Source: Octopus vulgaris
Lineage: Eukaryota
Reading direction: 5' to 3'
NCBI GenBank assembly: GCA_951406725.2
Contig: OX597825.1
Span: forward strand, 8,370,001 to 8,434,000
DNA length: 64,000 nucleotides
Part shown: piece by piece, positions 26,196 to 40,020 of the stretch
How the letters are laid out: the number at the start of each line of letters is the position of its first letter
How positions within the stretch are numbered: the stretch's first letter is position 1
Notes under the pieces: generated by a model
The model's input: only the letters and a program-made list of their open reading frames with translations
The model's database searches: none
Told to the model about the DNA's origin: nothing
Position numbers and translations under genes: made by a program

Positions 26196-27556
26196 ACCCG
26201 CCTCGTTACGACCGACGGAGTGCCAAGGGAAGGTCTCTTCTTAAAGAAATATCTACTGAATACATTACAGTTGTAATGGGATTAATTGTTTTTTAGTATG
26301 CAAAAGTATAGTAATATATTTTAGTAATCCTTAATAATGCAGTTGATGAGTACACTTGATAATGAAGGGACATTATTCGCTTACTATAATATACTTTTTT
26401 CCCATTGTCACTATATAATGCATACTTTCCAAATACCTCATATGTAGAGCACCGCCTGTTATTGTCAATAATCTGTCCAGATAAGTGTGAGCTTTGTCTT
26501 CTGTTTTGACATATCTTCCAGCATCTTACATACAACTATCCGAGGCACAGGTGCTATTGTTCCTGTTCATTCGAAAACGTGTGTCTATGTATATGCGTAT
26601 GTACATGTGAGTGAGAGAGAAATAGAGAGAGAGAAAGAGAGAGAGAGGGAGATAAGTCGTTGCATACGCAGTCACATATAAATGGACTCGCAATATCAGC
26701 ATTTCTACTTTCCAAACTTCACGAAATATTTCCTATTTTTTTTCTTTTTGCTTATTCTGTCAGTTCTCCAAACTTGAAATCAATGGCTTTTGGAGTGGGG
26801 ATTTATGCACCACAGTTTTATACATAAAACGAGATAAGAAAGGAAATATAATGCCTAACAAGACACTTATCAGCTGAGACTCACACAATAAGATATCATA
26901 TATTCAGAATGTTTGGATATATAAGTCGCATATCACACTTTTTCCCGCTCTAGACCATACTTCCAGGCGGTAACCAAAGTCGTAATTCATACGTCTAGCA
27001 GTGGCGCTAACCTGATATTTTTGAGGACAACACCTTTTTTCATGTCATCCCCAAAATGTGTCTACACTTCGTTTCTAAAAAAATTATGAATATTCTGTCT
27101 ACTGTCAGTGCTGTGAGAAATAAATGGCAACAAATTCGTTTTGAAACGTGAAGCAACAATTCCTCATGTTTACACACGTAAATATTATCTTGTTTCTTCT
27201 TAGTTACTTTAATGTCTAAAACCCCACCCCCACCCCGTCTAACGGCACTTTTTCTCCTAACACTGACAACGCAGTTTTCATCCAATCGTTTTTTGTTTGT
27301 GATTTTTTTTAGAATACTCAACATATGTCACGGGCAATTTCGTTGTCATACATTTTCTGTAAAATTTTATTTACAAATCTTGAGCAGTTGTTAAGTTCAT
27401 ATAGAAAGTTGTTTTACTAAATGATATTCGTGTGCTGAAAGCAGTTTACAACGTATGTAACAAAAGTACCATAACTCACACAATGATATATGTCAGACCA
27501 AATAATTTACACAAAGGTGTTCAAATATAAATAACTCAATCATCGCAGAAAATAAA

Positions 27557-27748
27557 GGCGCAGGAGCGGCTGTGTGGTAAGTAGCTTGCTAACCAACCAC
27601 ACGGTTTCGGGTTCAGTCCCACTGCGTGGCATCTTGGGCAAGTGACTTCTGCTATAGCCCCGAGCCGACAAATGCCTTGTGAGTGGATTTGGTAGACGGA
27701 AACTGAAAGAAGCCTGTCGTATATATGTATATTTATATATGTATGTGT

Positions 27749-27781
<33 letters not shown>

Positions 27782-27970
27782 TTGTGTGTTTGTGTGTCTG
27801 TGTTTGTCCCCCTAACATTGCTTGACAACCGATGCTGGTGTGTGTTTACGTCCCCGTCACTTAGCGGTTCGGCAATAGAGGCCGATAGAATAAGTACTGG
27901 GCTTACAAACAATAAGTCCCGGGGTCGATTTGGCCGCAGTCAAATGACTGAAACAAGTAAAAGAGTAAAA
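27557..27970 (+). mobile_element. tRNA-derived SINE family A (CORE-like segment, internal TA/TG microsatellite)
   Basis: GGCGCAGGAGCGGCTGTGTGGTAAG, B-box-like GGTTCAGTCCC, CTTGGGCAAGT, tail GGCCGCAGTCAAATGACTGAAACAAGTAAAAGAGTAAAA; small internal deletion relative to other copies. Confidence 0.92.
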
Positions 27971-29203
27971 CAATCAACCAAAACAATCACACGTTTTCAT
28001 ACACAACATCGTGTACTATTTGCCGAACCCCTAAGTTACAGATACGTAAACATATTAAACAGAGTACCAGCAACTAAGAGAGCGACATTCCTATATATAT
28101 GCTATCAAGTAATTGTTCCTGATTCTTTTTCTTCTCATTTAACGATCGAGCCTCTACGTGGTCAATTAGCCAGCGAGAAAGCGCAACCAAATTCCAGTAC
28201 GTTTCATCAAGATAATTTATTAGTCAATGTATTCTGCGTTATACAAAAACAGGATGGTCACGGATGGAAGGAATAGATTCGGAATCAGATTAAGTGTTAT
28301 ATGAAAGGAGAAAAAAACCTATTAATTTAATCAGGGGCCAATCATAAATATGAAAAAATTCCTGATCTTATAATTCCACAATTACCACAAAATCCTATTA
28401 TCTACAAAATTAAGAAGATAAAAGAAAACATATAATTGTGCAATATACAAGCTCACATCTACAATCCTTAAACATATTGCATTATTTCCATGCTTGCTTC
28501 CAATACATATACAGATGTTCCAGATGATGCAACACAAATCAGTTTTAAAATTAAGAAGATAACACTATTGAAGACATCAACAAAAATAAGATTACGCTCT
28601 TTGAAGAGAGAAACATATCATTTCTAAAGATAATTCAAGTCGCCAGTATTTGTCAATAAACCCTAACTTCACACATTAATTATAGTCAACCTTGGCAGAA
28701 CCAATCACAGTATCCTCCTAGGAAAGTTAATTTCAAAAACTATTTCGCAATGGTCTTGTTAAAAACACCCAGGAGTAAATACATCAAATAAAAAAAAAGT
28801 AATGTGTTGAAAGCTATTTTAGTTCAATATATAATCAACGAAGTTCAATATATTCTTAATTTTCATGAATGATTGACATTAATGTGTAACTTCTTTAAAC
28901 AATATTTACTTTAATTAATATGAATGCATTAAAATATACACAAATTTAAACACAACGTTCATATACATTTAAATAAGTGTAATTATTCAGTTTGTTCAGG
29001 TCGAGCAATTTTCTTTTCCTTGTGTAACCGACACAATTAGCGCGGACGGGTGTATGTGTGTGTGTGTGTGCGCTTATGCGAGTAAATGTGTGTGTCTGCG
29101 TGGGCGAGCACGTATGTAAGTTTCTCAGCATATATACGTGTGTGTATTCCTGTGCGTTTGTGTTTTCATATATGTATGTGTGTTTCTATGTATGTATATA
29201 ATA

Positions 29204-29234
<31 letters not shown>

Positions 29235-29345
29235 GTACATATATATATATAGAAATATATAACTGTGTACATATGGATATATATACAAATATATATATAT
29301 ATTTCTATATATATATATATATACAAATATGTTAATATATATATA

Positions 29346-29387
<42 letters not shown>

Positions 29388-30493
29388 GCAGTATCCTTTT
29401 GGTTCTAGAAAGTGACTTTTAGACTAATTACAACTTGTATCAGGAGGCCGTGTTTAAATATTCTTACATATTTTGGGTGAAAAACTATTATATAATTTAA
29501 AAAAAGTAAAAATAATTTTTATGTAGTTTGAAAAAGATTGTGAACACCAAACGAAAATATAATAAAGACAATATTTTGAAGAAAACTTAATATTTAGAGA
29601 AGGAAATAATATTGCAATGAAATAGCAGAAACCGCCCATTTAAAAAAGATTCTTACAAATTGAAAAAAAAAACGTATGGGAATAAAGAAAAACGATCGTA
29701 TTATTTTTTTATTGTATAAGCTATCCCACAGACCGAATAATAAAGAAAGAAATGATACGATAGGTGCTAAAAATAGAGAGTGTCTAATGCTTCTTAATTA
29801 GGTGCTTTGATCACGACAAAAGACATCATTAACGGTAGTAGTTTTAAAATGATACATAAAGGCATTTTACTTTTCCAAGTCTTCGTAGGAGATGCGGAGA
29901 CTTTCTCATACAATATATACTGACTGCTTGCTGTGACAGCGTAGAAGACAAGAAAAATATGAACATTAAGAAGACAATTTTTTTCCTTTGCTCTTTAGAT
30001 TTATCAAGATTTCATATCTCTCAGTTCTTATTTAAGCATTTTTTGAATATCTTTTTATATTTTCCCTTAATTTTTTTCTTAGCTTTTCCACCAGTTTCCT
30101 TTGCTCTTTTACTTTGGCTTGCAATAAATATGTTTACTCTTTGGTTATCTGTTAAATATTATTACGTGTTTTATGATATTGAGTATATTTAGGATGGTAA
30201 GTGAAGGTTTCATTCAGTCCGTACTTATATGAAAGCTCTATCTAAGAATTTCGAACAAATGTACATTTTCATTGTGTCTCCATTTCATAGTGACCAATTA
30301 ACTACAGATTGTTCACTCCACGCCATGTCCATGTAAATTTGTTTACAACTACATATAACTAAATGCATTTCCATAGGTGAACCACTCCTGAGAGGGTTAA
30401 ATTAGCTGATAATAAAAAAAAGAATGGAGATCCTTCCAGAGCAATATAAACCTCATAGGACGAGTTCCAAGTTTTCTTTTTTTTTGCAGCGTA

Positions 30494-30715
30494 TACTCTT
30501 TTTTACTCTTTTTTAATTGTTTCAGTCATTTGACTGTGGCCATGCTGAAGCACCGCCTTTAATCTTGCAAATCGACCCCAGGTCTTATTCTTTGTAAGCA
30601 TAGTACTTATTCCGTCGGTCTCTTTTGCAGAACCGCTACGTTACGGGGATGTAAACACACCAGCATCGGTTGTCAAGCGATGTTGGGGGAACAAGCACAG
30701 ACACACAAACACACA

Positions 30716-30750
<35 letters not shown>
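30494..30750 (-). mobile_element. SINE family A, 3' half ending in a (CA)n tract
   Basis: Reverse complement of the family A 3' half. Confidence 0.88.
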
Positions 30751-30782
<32 letters not shown>

Positions 30783-30866
30783 TTTATATTTATAGTATTT
30801 TTAAATTTAAATACTATTATATAGTATTAATATTTATATAATAAGAGAAGTTAGTGGGGGTATTTG

Positions 30867-30898
<32 letters not shown>

Positions 30899-31655
30899 AA
30901 GGAAGGTTTTTTCAAAGCAATAAAATCAAATCTGACGCATTGATTTGTAATTAAAATTCATCAAGCTTACCACAGCGTGCTATTGAGCAGACACTATATT
31001 TTCTCTGTCTTTTTTTATTCTATTTACCACTCTTTCATTTTTTTCTTTTCTCTTTCTTTCTTTCTTTCCTTCTTCCTACCTTTCGCCCTTTCTTTAAGAA
31101 ACAAAATTGACATCTTGAAATTTCGTTAGAATCAATCACCTGTGAAAAACTACTGAACATTCCTTTTCTCACTGCTTTTATTTCACTTTCTCTCTTCGCC
31201 TTCTTTGTGTTAGCTTTTCTTCTCCTCTTTTTTACTCTTTTTTTAAAACTCTTTTCCCATGTACAAACACGTATAGATAACAAGACAAAACAAATACCCA
31301 TCCTCTTACAGACTTGTATAACAGGCAAAGAAATGTTCTATAAAGCGTTTATCTAAGGAGTCTCGATGAATGAGATAAAAGCGCTACTAATGTATTATTC
31401 AAAATTCTACATCTTTTCTCAATATGTAAAATAAGGTACTCCACTTTAAACAGTCTGTACAGACACGCACGCTGACACAGACACACACACACACACCATT
31501 TTTACAATCAGAAGTCAGTTTACCTGGCGAAACCAATCCAGTTGTTAATAAGAAGGGTTCAAATTAAAGCACGCAAAATTCCACAACATCACTCATTCAT
31601 AGTCAGGTTATGAACATTTCATCCCACCCACGTAGCTAAATAGATAGATAGATAG

Positions 31656-31706
<51 letters not shown>

Positions 31707-31814
31707 ACTATATAAACAGTACTAGTCCTGTATCCTTCTATATAATAAATTAATTTTACTCTGCTATGTATTGAGTACCTTACTTACTGTGTTAACCCCG
31801 AATCAACCGGGACC

Positions 31815-31852
<38 letters not shown>

Positions 31853-34800
31853 TAAATTGATAGATAGATAGAGAGATAGATAGATAGATATATAGATAAA
31901 TAGAGAGAGAGACAGAAAACTTGCTTTGATATTATCATAGTATTTCCCCACTGTATTGGTTGGGGTGTGTGTCAGCTATTTTAAGATTGTCATAATCTAT
32001 CTATCCCCAGGTCTAACCAGTTTCGAGTTCGAGACAAAATGAGAGAAATGAGGTATGACGGGAATAGTGGAAAGATCAAACTCAATACAGATCTGGTTCT
32101 TTGTCCAGCACAGTGTAATTAAATGTGGTATTGGCGTCGACCAGATTTGAACGCCGAGTCCTGATTGACTAAACAAATGTTGCAATGCTTTCTATCCGAA
32201 GTTATATCGCCTTTGATACTACCTCGTCTTTTTATTGCGTACAATAATACTCATCGGAAGATGTCTAATAATAGAAAAACTCATTCTTAGATATAAAGAC
32301 ATCTATCTCTACTTGAGTTATCTTTATTTTACCAGAAAAAAATATCTATAGTGCAATCGTAGAAGTTATCTCCAAAGTGTGTTGATTCTTGACAATACAG
32401 AACTTCAAGGAGATCTTTCCAAAAATTGTTCATAATCTAAGTTATTCCAAATATTTTCTTTCTATATTATTTCCACGAGACCTTACAAAAGTGCATTTAG
32501 TTTACTAATTACTCCACTGAGGTATATTTATCAGCCATGATGCTATTGCTTAGAAAACATTGATATTATCGTAAGAGCTATAGGAAATTATAAACATATT
32601 TAAAGAAAATATTTGAATTGAACCGAACAATGTGCATGGGCCTCTAAATGTCTTCGGAACTGTCTTGCCTTATTCAAGTAGACAGAATAACTCCTTATAA
32701 ATCGTATTAGAGAATGATACGATCTACTTCCATTGATATTTCGCTGTAGTCTTCCTTTCGTCCAATTACAAAGAACAATATCAAATGGAAAATATCCTTT
32801 GAATGTATATTAGTAAATGGAATTGGTTGACTTCTAATAATTTTTTTCCGAAAGACACTTTGAACTTTATGTGCTTAGGTATAAGTGCTGTAACGTTCTG
32901 AGTAAATTAACGTATCTTCTCCCAGTTTTCCTTTCACTGTTATCCAATTTTTGTTGCGGAAGGAACTATCTAAATGAAATATATATCATGTATAGCAAAA
33001 CACAGGAAACTATATTTTTATGCATAGCGTTTAGAATTTTTTAATCGGATAATTCATATAAAATATCATATTTAGAGTGAAGAATTTAGCTAGACAATGA
33101 AAAGATTTAGAAAAAATAGATAATAATGTTAGAAAGCAGCGTAATACAGGAAGGATCAGTAAGGAAGTCAAATATAATTTATAACGAAATGTTGAAAGCT
33201 TGTGGACATTTACTTTGAAATATTTTATTTGTGATGTGCAAATATATACGGGATTAAGCTGTAAAAATTCTATATAAACTGTCAATGAAATCTTGCTGCT
33301 AATTTTTAACCCTATGTCTTGCTTGATTCGAGAGGCCTTTGATCAATAATGTTTCGACGAGGAACGTCTCGTATTAGTTGCATTAGTAAAATAGTTTGTT
33401 TGCTCTTTCTAGCCTATCAAACGAATCGTTAGACGCCCCATACTCGTTGTCACTTAGTCGTTGTTGATATATACGACTGAATCACATATTTTATATGAAT
33501 TTATTTATTTTTCAATAAATGGAATGCGCAGGTAAAAGTGGAAATACTTTATCGCCAAATATAATTTACTTGCTAAGGGAAAATAGCATATTTATCCTAA
33601 AATACGTTGGTGTTCTTTCGTCATAACATTTGATTTAAATGCATAAAATTTCTCTTTTGGTAAAGTTGATAGCGTGACGTCAGAAATCCTGGAACCTGAA
33701 TCCCAGATCTAATCATAATTTTTATTTATTTGAAGTTGATAAATAACATTTCATTGGTTTACGGGATTATATAATTCAACATACACCACCAATAGCTTAT
33801 TTATATAGCAACGTAGTAATATTTTATAAAGTGGAATAAAAAAATACTAAACAGTAGAGTTTTGTCTAGTTTAGTTTCAACTCCTCCTTTAAGCAACATT
33901 CTTCACTTACATATATAACAAATGCATTAAAGCCACATAAGCTATTCAATGTGGAAACCTATATCTTATATTTGTTTGAAAATAACCAAATTCTTAATAG
34001 AGTTAGACACTCAATTTCGATTCCTAGTTAACGCTGTTTCAACTCCCCTACAGTTCTCCCGCCTCAGGAAAACGTGATTATATCCCATTTCTTTATATAT
34101 CTGTAGCCTCAAGATCAGACCGAAAGAAAATCAATACAAAATGCTACGCGTAAGAAAGGAAAGCGCATTGTTTGCTCAGACAATTGTGGTGTATTTTAAC
34201 TGTTTACCTTTGACTTATATGTGCTACTCATTATTGCTTACCACAGAGTGCATTGGAATGTTTGTCTCTTAAGTACTAGAGGTAGTTGCTGAAATGACTT
34301 GTTTGAATACACGTGTTACTTTCTTCTTTCCTAAGTAAATGATGCGGTTATTGATTAACATTTTGTTTAGTCTCGCCGTATGGTGTGATTTGCTCTGGGT
34401 TGGTTTACCTTATATTAGCATGTATTTGTTTAGTTGGAATGTGGAAGACAATATTTTCAATCTGTGTCTGCTAAAGGCAATGCAAATAAAGAATGAAAAG
34501 ATGGTGGAAACTATAATATAGTATCCGTGAAAAAAATATATAAGAAAAACTACATTACTTTCTACTTAGCGAGACAACATTACAGCAGTAATTTGCAAGT
34601 AGGTGACAATTGTTATAAACAACATTTTCAAAGATATAAATCACACATTTGAGGAATCACGGTTTGGTGAGAAATAATGTTTATCATACATTCGGTAGCA
34701 CAGAAATCTGTGATAAATATAAGTATGTGGAATGTTTCAAAACAAATATACTTTCAAATAAGTGACACGGAACATGTTGCTATTAATATGCAGACAAAAT

Positions 34801-36092
34801 CAGTTGCAACGCACTCGTTATCCGTAGCACATGATGATTACGCACGACAAACCTTATATGCAATCATACGAGAGAAATGGTAAGCAAAAATCTTGATTAT
34901 CAACCGAGCTGAAGTTGTGAGAATATATTTCCAAGTGGTATATAATGCAAGATCAAACATCAAATCTATAAAATGGTGTTTCAGTAAATAAACTTTCAGA
35001 TTTACCTAATCGCATACATTGACTTAATCAGATTCAAATACGGATGCCTCACATTGTATTGCTACCGAATATCTTTATGGAATTATACCTCACTGCACGG
35101 AAACGGAAAGAATAGCAGCCGCAAGGTATTGTCTCGTGCCTCACACAGTTACTTTATTTACTAGAAATACCAACCACTTTTCTCGCGAATATGAGAAACT
35201 AATGTAGAGAGATGATCGAATTCAGAGAGTGTTTCTATAAACAAAGTGAAATATGACGAAATATTTATCTGGTAGATTGAAATTAATCAAAATTTGAATC
35301 CCATGAGCTATATATGTTTCATTCCAGATTGTGAGAGACAACTGTATGAATAAAAGTGAATTGTATTATACATTTTTTTTTCACTTTAACTTGTTTTACA
35401 TATGATAAAATAAATAAATTATTTTCACTTTCAAAATTATATATATTTTTGCCAAATAAAGTAGCAATCATAAGATGCGGGTTGCGATGAAGAAAATCGA
35501 TTTCATAAACTTCAGGATTCTCCATGTAAATAAATATTTCACATACCTAACTCACGTCCATGTTCATACTATATATACTTTCTGCTTTTTTCTATATTTA
35601 CTTTACTGCCTTTGTGAAAACCTCTCTTACATCCCGACACACTATATTCCATTTCTTTTACTTACCCATTTTATATACGTAGAAGCGCGCGCTCTAAAAA
35701 TTACGATCAGTCCCAACTCCTTTCGATATCGATTCGCTGGAATAATATTCTCTCTATTATTCTCGGCAGCCGTCTAATCAATTCCATGGGAACATTTGCG
35801 ATGAATTCGCTGCCTATATCAGGACGCAAAAGACATGGATCAATGCGTTTCTCCGATAGATGGCAATAAAATAAAACAAATAATATATATATCCGTCACC
35901 CACGTTGTAATAAACGAGGAAGCAGATGTTCTACGTCTAATCAGCCAAAATTCAGTGAATATTTCCTCGCCGCCATTTTGTGCTAGGCAGATCTAAGAGT
36001 CGATTGGGTAATACTGAATAGTAATAACATAAAAAAGATTCCCAAATCCAAAATTAAATTAATTAGGGAGCAAAGTATTATTAAAACACATA

Positions 36093-36260
36093 GGCGCACG
36101 CGTAGCTGTATACTCAGGATTTTACCTCCCAATGACATGGTTCCGGGTTCGATCCCACTTTTCTTTTCATCTTGGCAAGTTGTCCTCTACTGCAGCCTCG
36201 AGACGACCCAGACTTAAAAGTAGATTTGATAGATGGAACCTGAAAGAGGCAAGTTGCTTA

Positions 36261-36297
<37 letters not shown>

Positions 36298-36536
36298 ACG
36301 TGAATGCGTGTGCATGCGCGAATTGTGTCTATTTTTGTCCCCTCCAAAACCGCTTGACAACTGATGTTGGTGTGTTTATGTCCTTGTAACATAACGGTCC
36401 GATAAAAGCAATCAATACCATAAATACCAAGCTTATAAAATGAAGTACTGGGGTCGATTCGTTCGACTTAAACTTTTCGTAGCGGTGCCCCAGAATGACC
36501 GCAGTTTAATGACTGAAACGAGTAAAAGATAAAAGA
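36093..36536 (+). mobile_element. SINE family A, older subfamily
   Basis: GGCGCACGCGTAGCTG..GGTTCCGGGTTCGATCCCAC..(TG)n..CGGTGCCCCAGAATGACCGCAG..ATGACTGAAACGAGTAAAAGATAAAAG. Confidence 0.8.
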
Positions 36537-36591
36537 AAAAACTTGTTGAATGGAAGAACATAACAGATGATATGTCATTGTGTTGCGACGT

Positions 36592-36828
36592 AATTATTTA
36601 CATTGTTTACATTATTTACATTCGACGGATATTTGTCCTCATCTTGTTTGTTGTTAACACAACTTTTCGGCTGATATATCTTCCAGCCTTCATCAGGTGT
36701 CTTAAGGAAATTTCGAACCTGAGTTCTTATTCCTAAGGTATTTTTCGATGTTGTTGTTGTTATTATTATTATTATTATTATTATGATTATGATTATTATT
36801 GTTCAGGTCACTGCCTCGAATGGAACTC
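36592..36828 (-). mobile_element. Family E, inverted partial copy (B-box to tail)
   Basis: Reverse complement of 36878-37230: GAGTTCCATTCGAGGCAGTGACCTG, then (AAT)n, then the tail with the hammerhead. Confidence 0.88.
36656..36701 (-). ncRNA. Minimal type I hammerhead ribozyme motif (family E)
   Basis: Minus strand GACAC-CTGATGA-A-GGCTG(GAAGATATAT)CAGCC-GAAA-AGTT-GTGTT: stem I GACAC/GTGTT, intact CUGAUGA and GAAA, perfect 5-bp stem II. Confidence 0.72.
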
Positions 36829-36930
36829 GACATATGGTGTAGTGGTTAAGAACACGGGCTATTAACCTCAAGATTCTGAGTTCGATTCCAGGCAATGACC
36901 TAAATAATAATAAAAATAATAATAATAATA

Positions 36931-37001
<71 letters not shown>

Positions 37002-37004
37002 AAC

Positions 37005-37078
<74 letters not shown>

Positions 37079-37250
37079 TAATAACCTTAGAAATGAAACC
37101 CATGTTCGAAATTTCCCCAAGACACCTGATGAAGGCTGGAGGGTATACAAGCCGAATCTTTGTGTTAACAACAAACAAGATGAGAAAAAATATCCGTCAA
37201 AGATAAATAATGTAAATAATGTACATAATTCCTCATCTCTTAATTATAGT
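36829..37250 (+). mobile_element. Family E: tRNA-headed SINE-like element with internal microsatellite and hammerhead-containing tail
   Basis: A-box-like TGGTGTAGTGG (36835-36845), B-box GAGTTCGATTCC (36878-36889), (AAT)/(GAT)n at 36903-37083, then the tail shared with 24130-24254. Confidence 0.85.
37121..37166 (+). ncRNA. Degenerate minimal hammerhead motif (family E)
   Basis: GACAC-CTGATGA-A-GGCTG(GAGGGTATAC)AAGCC-GAAT-CTTT-GTGTT. Confidence 0.6.
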
Positions 37251-37857
37251 TTTGCTTATAAAGCTTATATGACTGGAATTTTAGAAGAATTTACCTCCTG
37301 TATTTTCCTATGGAATTTAGTTTCGAGGTATGAGATGTAACAAGTCTGTTATGTTTTATGTAGAGACCAATGCAACACTCTCGTGTAGGCTTATCATGAA
37401 CTTACAACATGGTGCTATTGGAAAATGATTACTGAAGATTTGTTAAATTCAACACGGAATCAGATTTATTATGGAAACAATATTCATATCAGAATATAAT
37501 GCCAAATTCACATGCCAATTCTCACGTGGTTACTGACACCAAACCTGCGTAGAAATCAAAATTTTACCGCAATAAACACATCAGCACGTGACTGCTGATG
37601 CACAATATTAATGGCGAAATAGAAATAGTTACAGGAATTCAATCAGTACACAAGAAGAAACTCATACACCAAATATATTAAATTTGGTTCTTGAACATAC
37701 GAACCTGTGATTTTAGTGGCGTTGCTTAAAGTCTAAAACGTAATTATTTAAAATGCGCTGATGAAGCCAATAGGAATATATGAAAGCAGAAAATAAATGA
37801 GAGCATTAAACTTGGACACTATCGCATATTTAATAATACATCCATAGCTGCCAACAT

Positions 37858-38190
37858 ATCATCATCATCGTTTAACGTCCGTTCTCCACGCTAGCATGGG
37901 TTGGACGGTTCGAACGGGAATCTGGAAAGCCAGATGGCTGCACCAGGCTCCAGTCTGATCTGGCAGTGTTTCTACAGCTGGATGCCCTTCCTAACGCCAA
38001 CCACTCCGTGAGAGTAGTGGGTGCTTTTTATGTGCCACCTGCACAGATGCCAGGCGAGGCTGGCAACGGCCACGATCGGATTGGTGCATTTTACGTGCCA
38101 CCGGCACGGAAGACAGTCGAGGCGACGCTGGCATCGGCCACCTTCAGATGGTGATGTTTACGTGCCACCGGCTCAGGGATCACAACTGCA
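37858..38190 (-). mobile_element. SINE/retroposon family D, 3' portion with (GAT)n tail and three internal repeats
   Basis: Minus strand GGTTGGCGTTAGGAAGGGCATCCAGCTGTAGAAAC...CCAACCCATGCTAGCGTGGAGAACGGACGTTAAACGATGATGATGAT; a TTTA(C/T)GTGCCACC motif occurs three times on +. Confidence 0.75.
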
Positions 38191-38258
38191 ATATATATAC
38201 ACATACATATATATATGTGTGTGTGTGTGTGTATATACACACATGCACTTATATATAT

Positions 38259-38291
<33 letters not shown>

Positions 38292-38693
38292 TATATATAG
38301 TGAAACGTTAGCTGGAGGACGATTCGACAGTTTTTTAATGACCACTACACAGGTTTCGATACAACATAGATCCACATATATACAAGATTTAAATTTAAAT
38401 TAAATAACGGTTTACCTGTATAATAGGACCTATTAGTATCTCCTCAGGTAATCTAAAAACACTCTCTCCGTAAATAAATGTTTGATTTCGATGCTATCAC
38501 ATCCAGCTGGCTGATTTGAATCTAGCAGACACTGAAGGTTTCAATCCTCTCGCGGTGAGTGTGTTTCTACTCGCTGAACATGAGCGGCATTGTGTATGTT
38601 GACTGCTTATTTTGTTTCACAAACACGCTCATACTTATATAATCACTTACACACCGATACACCACTTCATATCTGGGCATCCCCATACACATA

Positions 38694-38748
<55 letters not shown>

Positions 38749-38949
38749 ATTCTAAAATCTAAATATTGGTGTGTGAATGTGTCCTCTTAGTAGAGATCAG
38801 GTGTAAGTGTCTTATTTCCATGACTTACGTAGATGCCTAGAAATTGGATTGAGACCTGAATGCTATTTTTCAATTTCAGAAATTTTGTATGGTCCTCTTC
38901 ATTCCGATTCTAAACTATAAAGCATCGTCTAAGAATCTTTTCCAGTCTC

Positions 38950-39220
38950 CTATAAGGTAGGTTTGGAAGTTGTGATCACGTTTCTGCAGCATAGCCGCCT
39001 TCGCAATTACATTTGCATCCAGTTACTTTCGACTATGCAACTTTCATCCTGGTCCATCCACTGTGCTGGTCTGGGGAGAACAAGTTTGTGTATTTTTAGC
39101 CAGCATTGTATTTGGTGATTATCATCGGCATACAGAGAAATCAGCAGGTTAAGCCCAGGGTAACAACATCCGAAATATTGCCTATTGGGGCGGGTTGAAA
39201 ACATGAGCAATGATAATAGA
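38950..39220 (-). pseudogene. Possible decayed non-LTR reverse transcriptase fragment
   Basis: ORF 39007-39210 contains ISLYADD followed ~35 residues later by SNWMQM, similar to the YADD...W..N.M.xN spacing in LINE RTs; otherwise degenerate. Confidence 0.4.
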
Positions 39221-39683
39221 GGTAAATATGATAAAGAAATCGCAGTTACGCTTCCTTTGAAAACTACGAGCTTCAGTAATATACTAAGGCAGCATCATAA
39301 ATGGGAATAACTGCCTTTTGAAGAGGAATATACCGCACGCTGCTAATGTAACTAGGATTATAAAAAGACTTCGAGGAAAAGCCCCATTAAAAATGCCACT
39401 TCCATAAAACAACAAACAAATCAAGATCCACATTGTGGTATAAAGGCTTCAATATGCAAGTCCCTACTAACATCCTGGTTTAAAGTTCTCGCCGCTGTAG
39501 ACAGGCATTTTTTTTTAGATCGAACAACTATAACAGAGTCTATTACCAGCACACTACAATATTGGCTGTTTCCGGTATCAAAAACTTGGCACAAATCATG
39601 GCGGTTCATGACACTAGAATAGGAGAATATCTAAATTGCAGAAGAGAAAAATTACCACAGTAAAGTAGTTAATAGATTCAAAA

Positions 39684-39736
39684 ATGACGACGACGACGAC
39701 GATGACGATGACGATGACGACGACGACGACGACGAC

Positions 39737-39793
<57 letters not shown>

Positions 39794-39822
39794 AGTGATG
39801 ATGAAGATGAAGATGATGATGA

Positions 39823-39869
<47 letters not shown>

Positions 39870-40020
39870 TATTATTATTAATAATAATAATAATAATAAT
39901 AATAAGAATAATAATAATAATAATAATAATAATAGTAATAATAATAATAACAACAACAACAACAATAATAACAAGAAGAAGAAGAAGAAGAAGAAGAAAA
40001 AGAAGAGGAAGAAGAAGAAA
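39684..40020. repeat. Compound (GAC)/(GAT)/(ATT)/(AAT)/(AAC)/(GAA) trinucleotide tract
   Basis: Read directly. Confidence 0.95.

Noticed and set aside
27540-27818. Recurrent ORFs starting MLGGQTQTHKH (also at 41563 and 60300, and within 55612)
   Set aside because: They are antisense readings of SINE family A; recurrence reflects repeat copies, not a protein family.
28560-28740. Weak PLE RT-like words (KDN..INPN..NLGRTNHSIL)
   Set aside because: Too degenerate to call by eye.
36829-36901. Possible functional tRNA gene
   Set aside because: A and B boxes are present, but the acceptor stem does not pair and it is fused to a repeat body; interpreted as a SINE head.
37755-37790. CTGATGAAGCC...GAAAGC
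   Set aside because: No pairing for stem II or stem I.
38021-38176. Three repeats with differing spacers (CRISPR-like look)
   Set aside because: Degenerate internal tandem units of a eukaryotic retroposon; no cas genes.
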